From an uncultured delta proteobacterium (lineage in GTDB: Bacteria; Myxococcota_A; Polyangia; Fen-1088): a DNA stretch of 64,000 nt. The notes beneath the pieces were generated by a model. The model worked only from the letters and a program-made list of their open reading frames with translations, had not been told where the DNA came from and made no database searches. The DNA lies in NCBI GenBank assembly GCA_963737265.1, contig CAVTRY010000018.1, positions 64,001 through 128,000 of the forward strand. Direction: 5' to 3'. Shown piece after piece: positions 63,108-64,000 of this stretch. The translations under genes and the position numbers were made by a program. The first letter of the stretch is position 1; each line of letters starts with the position of its first letter.

Positions 63108-63635
63108 TCAACAAGAAAGCACCAGCCGCCTAGAGCTTGGGTGCTTCCCTGAAATGGGGGCTGGGGCTTCACCTCGCCCCGCGCAGGTGGGATCGGAGGG
63201 AAAAACAGGGAGGAACGGAGGACCAGAGGAATCACGGGTTGGGTTGACGAGGCGGCGGAGACCCTCGCGAAGTACGGGGACGTGGAAATTGACGAGCAGG
63301 CCCACCGGCAGTCGTAGGAGCTTGAGATAGGTAATGACCTGTGCCAAGTGGACAGGAAGCAACTGCTCTACCGCCTTGACTTCGACGACCAAACGGCCTT
63401 CCACCATGAGGTCGAGGCGATAGCCGCAGTCGAGGTCAATGCCTTTGTACTGCAGAGGAATCGCGACCTGACGTTGCGTGCGAAATCCACGCAGGCCTAG
63501 CTCGCGCGCCAGGCAGTGCTCGTAGGCCGACTCAAGCAGCCCGGGACCGAGGTGACGGTGGACTTCGATGCAGGCGGCGATAATTTGCCCAGTAAAGTCA
63601 TCCTGTCTCTGTTTCTCCGTTCCTCGCTGTTCCAT
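63108..63635 (-). CDS. GxxExxY family PD-(D/E)XK nuclease-like protein
   Basis: LGPGLLESAY, YRLDLMVE...VEVKA, AQVITYL and GLLVNF. Confidence 0.92.
   Translation of the reverse strand: MEQRGTEKQRQDDFTGQIIAACIEVHRHLGPGLLESAYEHCLARELGLRGFRTQRQVAIPLQYKGIDLDCGYRLDLMVEGRLVVEVKAVEQLLPVHLAQVITYLKLLRLPVGLLVNFHVPVLREGLRRLVNPTRDSSGPPFLPVFPSDPTCAGRGEAPAPISGKHPSSRRLVLSC
63204..63631. repeat. 25-bp imperfect inverted repeat (63204-63228 / 63607-63631) enclosing the GxxExxY core
   Basis: aacagggaggaacggaggaccagag versus the reverse complement of ctctgtttctccgttcctcgctgtt gives 22/25 matches. Confidence 0.8.
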
Positions 63636-63758
63636 ATCTGCGTTTTCGGCGGCACTCCGCCAGAAGTTGCTACCTCACCGAGCCCCCGGCTGGGGCCCCC
63701 GTTTCAGGGAGGCACCCCTAGAGCTTCAGCCAGTTGCAAAATCAACCCGTTTGCTGTT

Positions 63759-64000
63759 CTAGTATCCGACCTGGAAGCGGCCGATGAACACCTTCTCGGT
63801 CGGACGGTCGGCAGTCGCGCTGCCGTTCTTGGTACCTTCCGTGAACCAAGTCTGGTCATAGCTGGCGGCCAAGCGGAGGCTTTGCGACAGGTACCAACTC
63901 AGCACGAGGCCCATACCCTTGGCCTTCGCGATTGACTTCGTCGGATCCGCCAGCGTCGGAAACGCCCCTGGGTAGATGGTGAGCCAGTTGTATCTTGCAC
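63759..64000 (-). CDS. C-terminus of an OprO/OprP-like porin (runs off the window; frameshift near 63915)
   Basis: My translation is ARYNWL...ADPTKS...GLVLSWYLSQSLRLAASYDQTWF...DRPTEKVFIGRFQVGY*. Confidence 0.65.
   Translation of the reverse strand, partial: ARYNWLTIYPGAFPTLADPTKSIAKAKGMGLVLSWYLSQSLRLAASYDQTWFTEGTKNGSATADRPTEKVFIGRFQVGY

Overview
A GC-rich bacterial chromosomal window whose gene content points to Myxococcota (Polyangia-like): eukaryote-like Ser/Thr kinases with PEGA/TPR tails, a TIGR02266-type protein, sigma54 activators and a split F1/b/b' ATP synthase operon next to a bactofilin. The core holds housekeeping and signalling genes, including a TAXI solute-binding protein, HtrA, a macrodomain, ABC-F, several His kinases, cutA, hypAB, trmL, a Cus-type RND efflux operon with its sigma54 two-component system, trxA, atpF'FHAGDC, ggt and tRNA-Asn. 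There are two accessory zones. Zone 1 (~3.1-10.2 kb) has a protein of four tandem plant-like AP2 domains beside two collapsed type I restriction-modification loci whose hsdM/hsdR stubs bracket toxin-antitoxin-like cargo. Zone 2 (59.1-63.7 kb, downstream of tRNA-Asn) has an ~85-bp direct repeat flanking an adh/VOC/DoxX block, IS remnants, and a GxxExxY nuclease gene enclosed by a 25-bp inverted repeat. Other candidates for novelty are a pair of paralogous membrane pseudokinases flanking a two-domain kinase and a small PLD, and a phosphomevalonate-kinase-like domain in a receptor-like membrane architecture. Many +1 frameshifts (cusA, bactofilin, hsdR) may be sequencing errors. All family calls come from motif recognition by eye; no searches were run.
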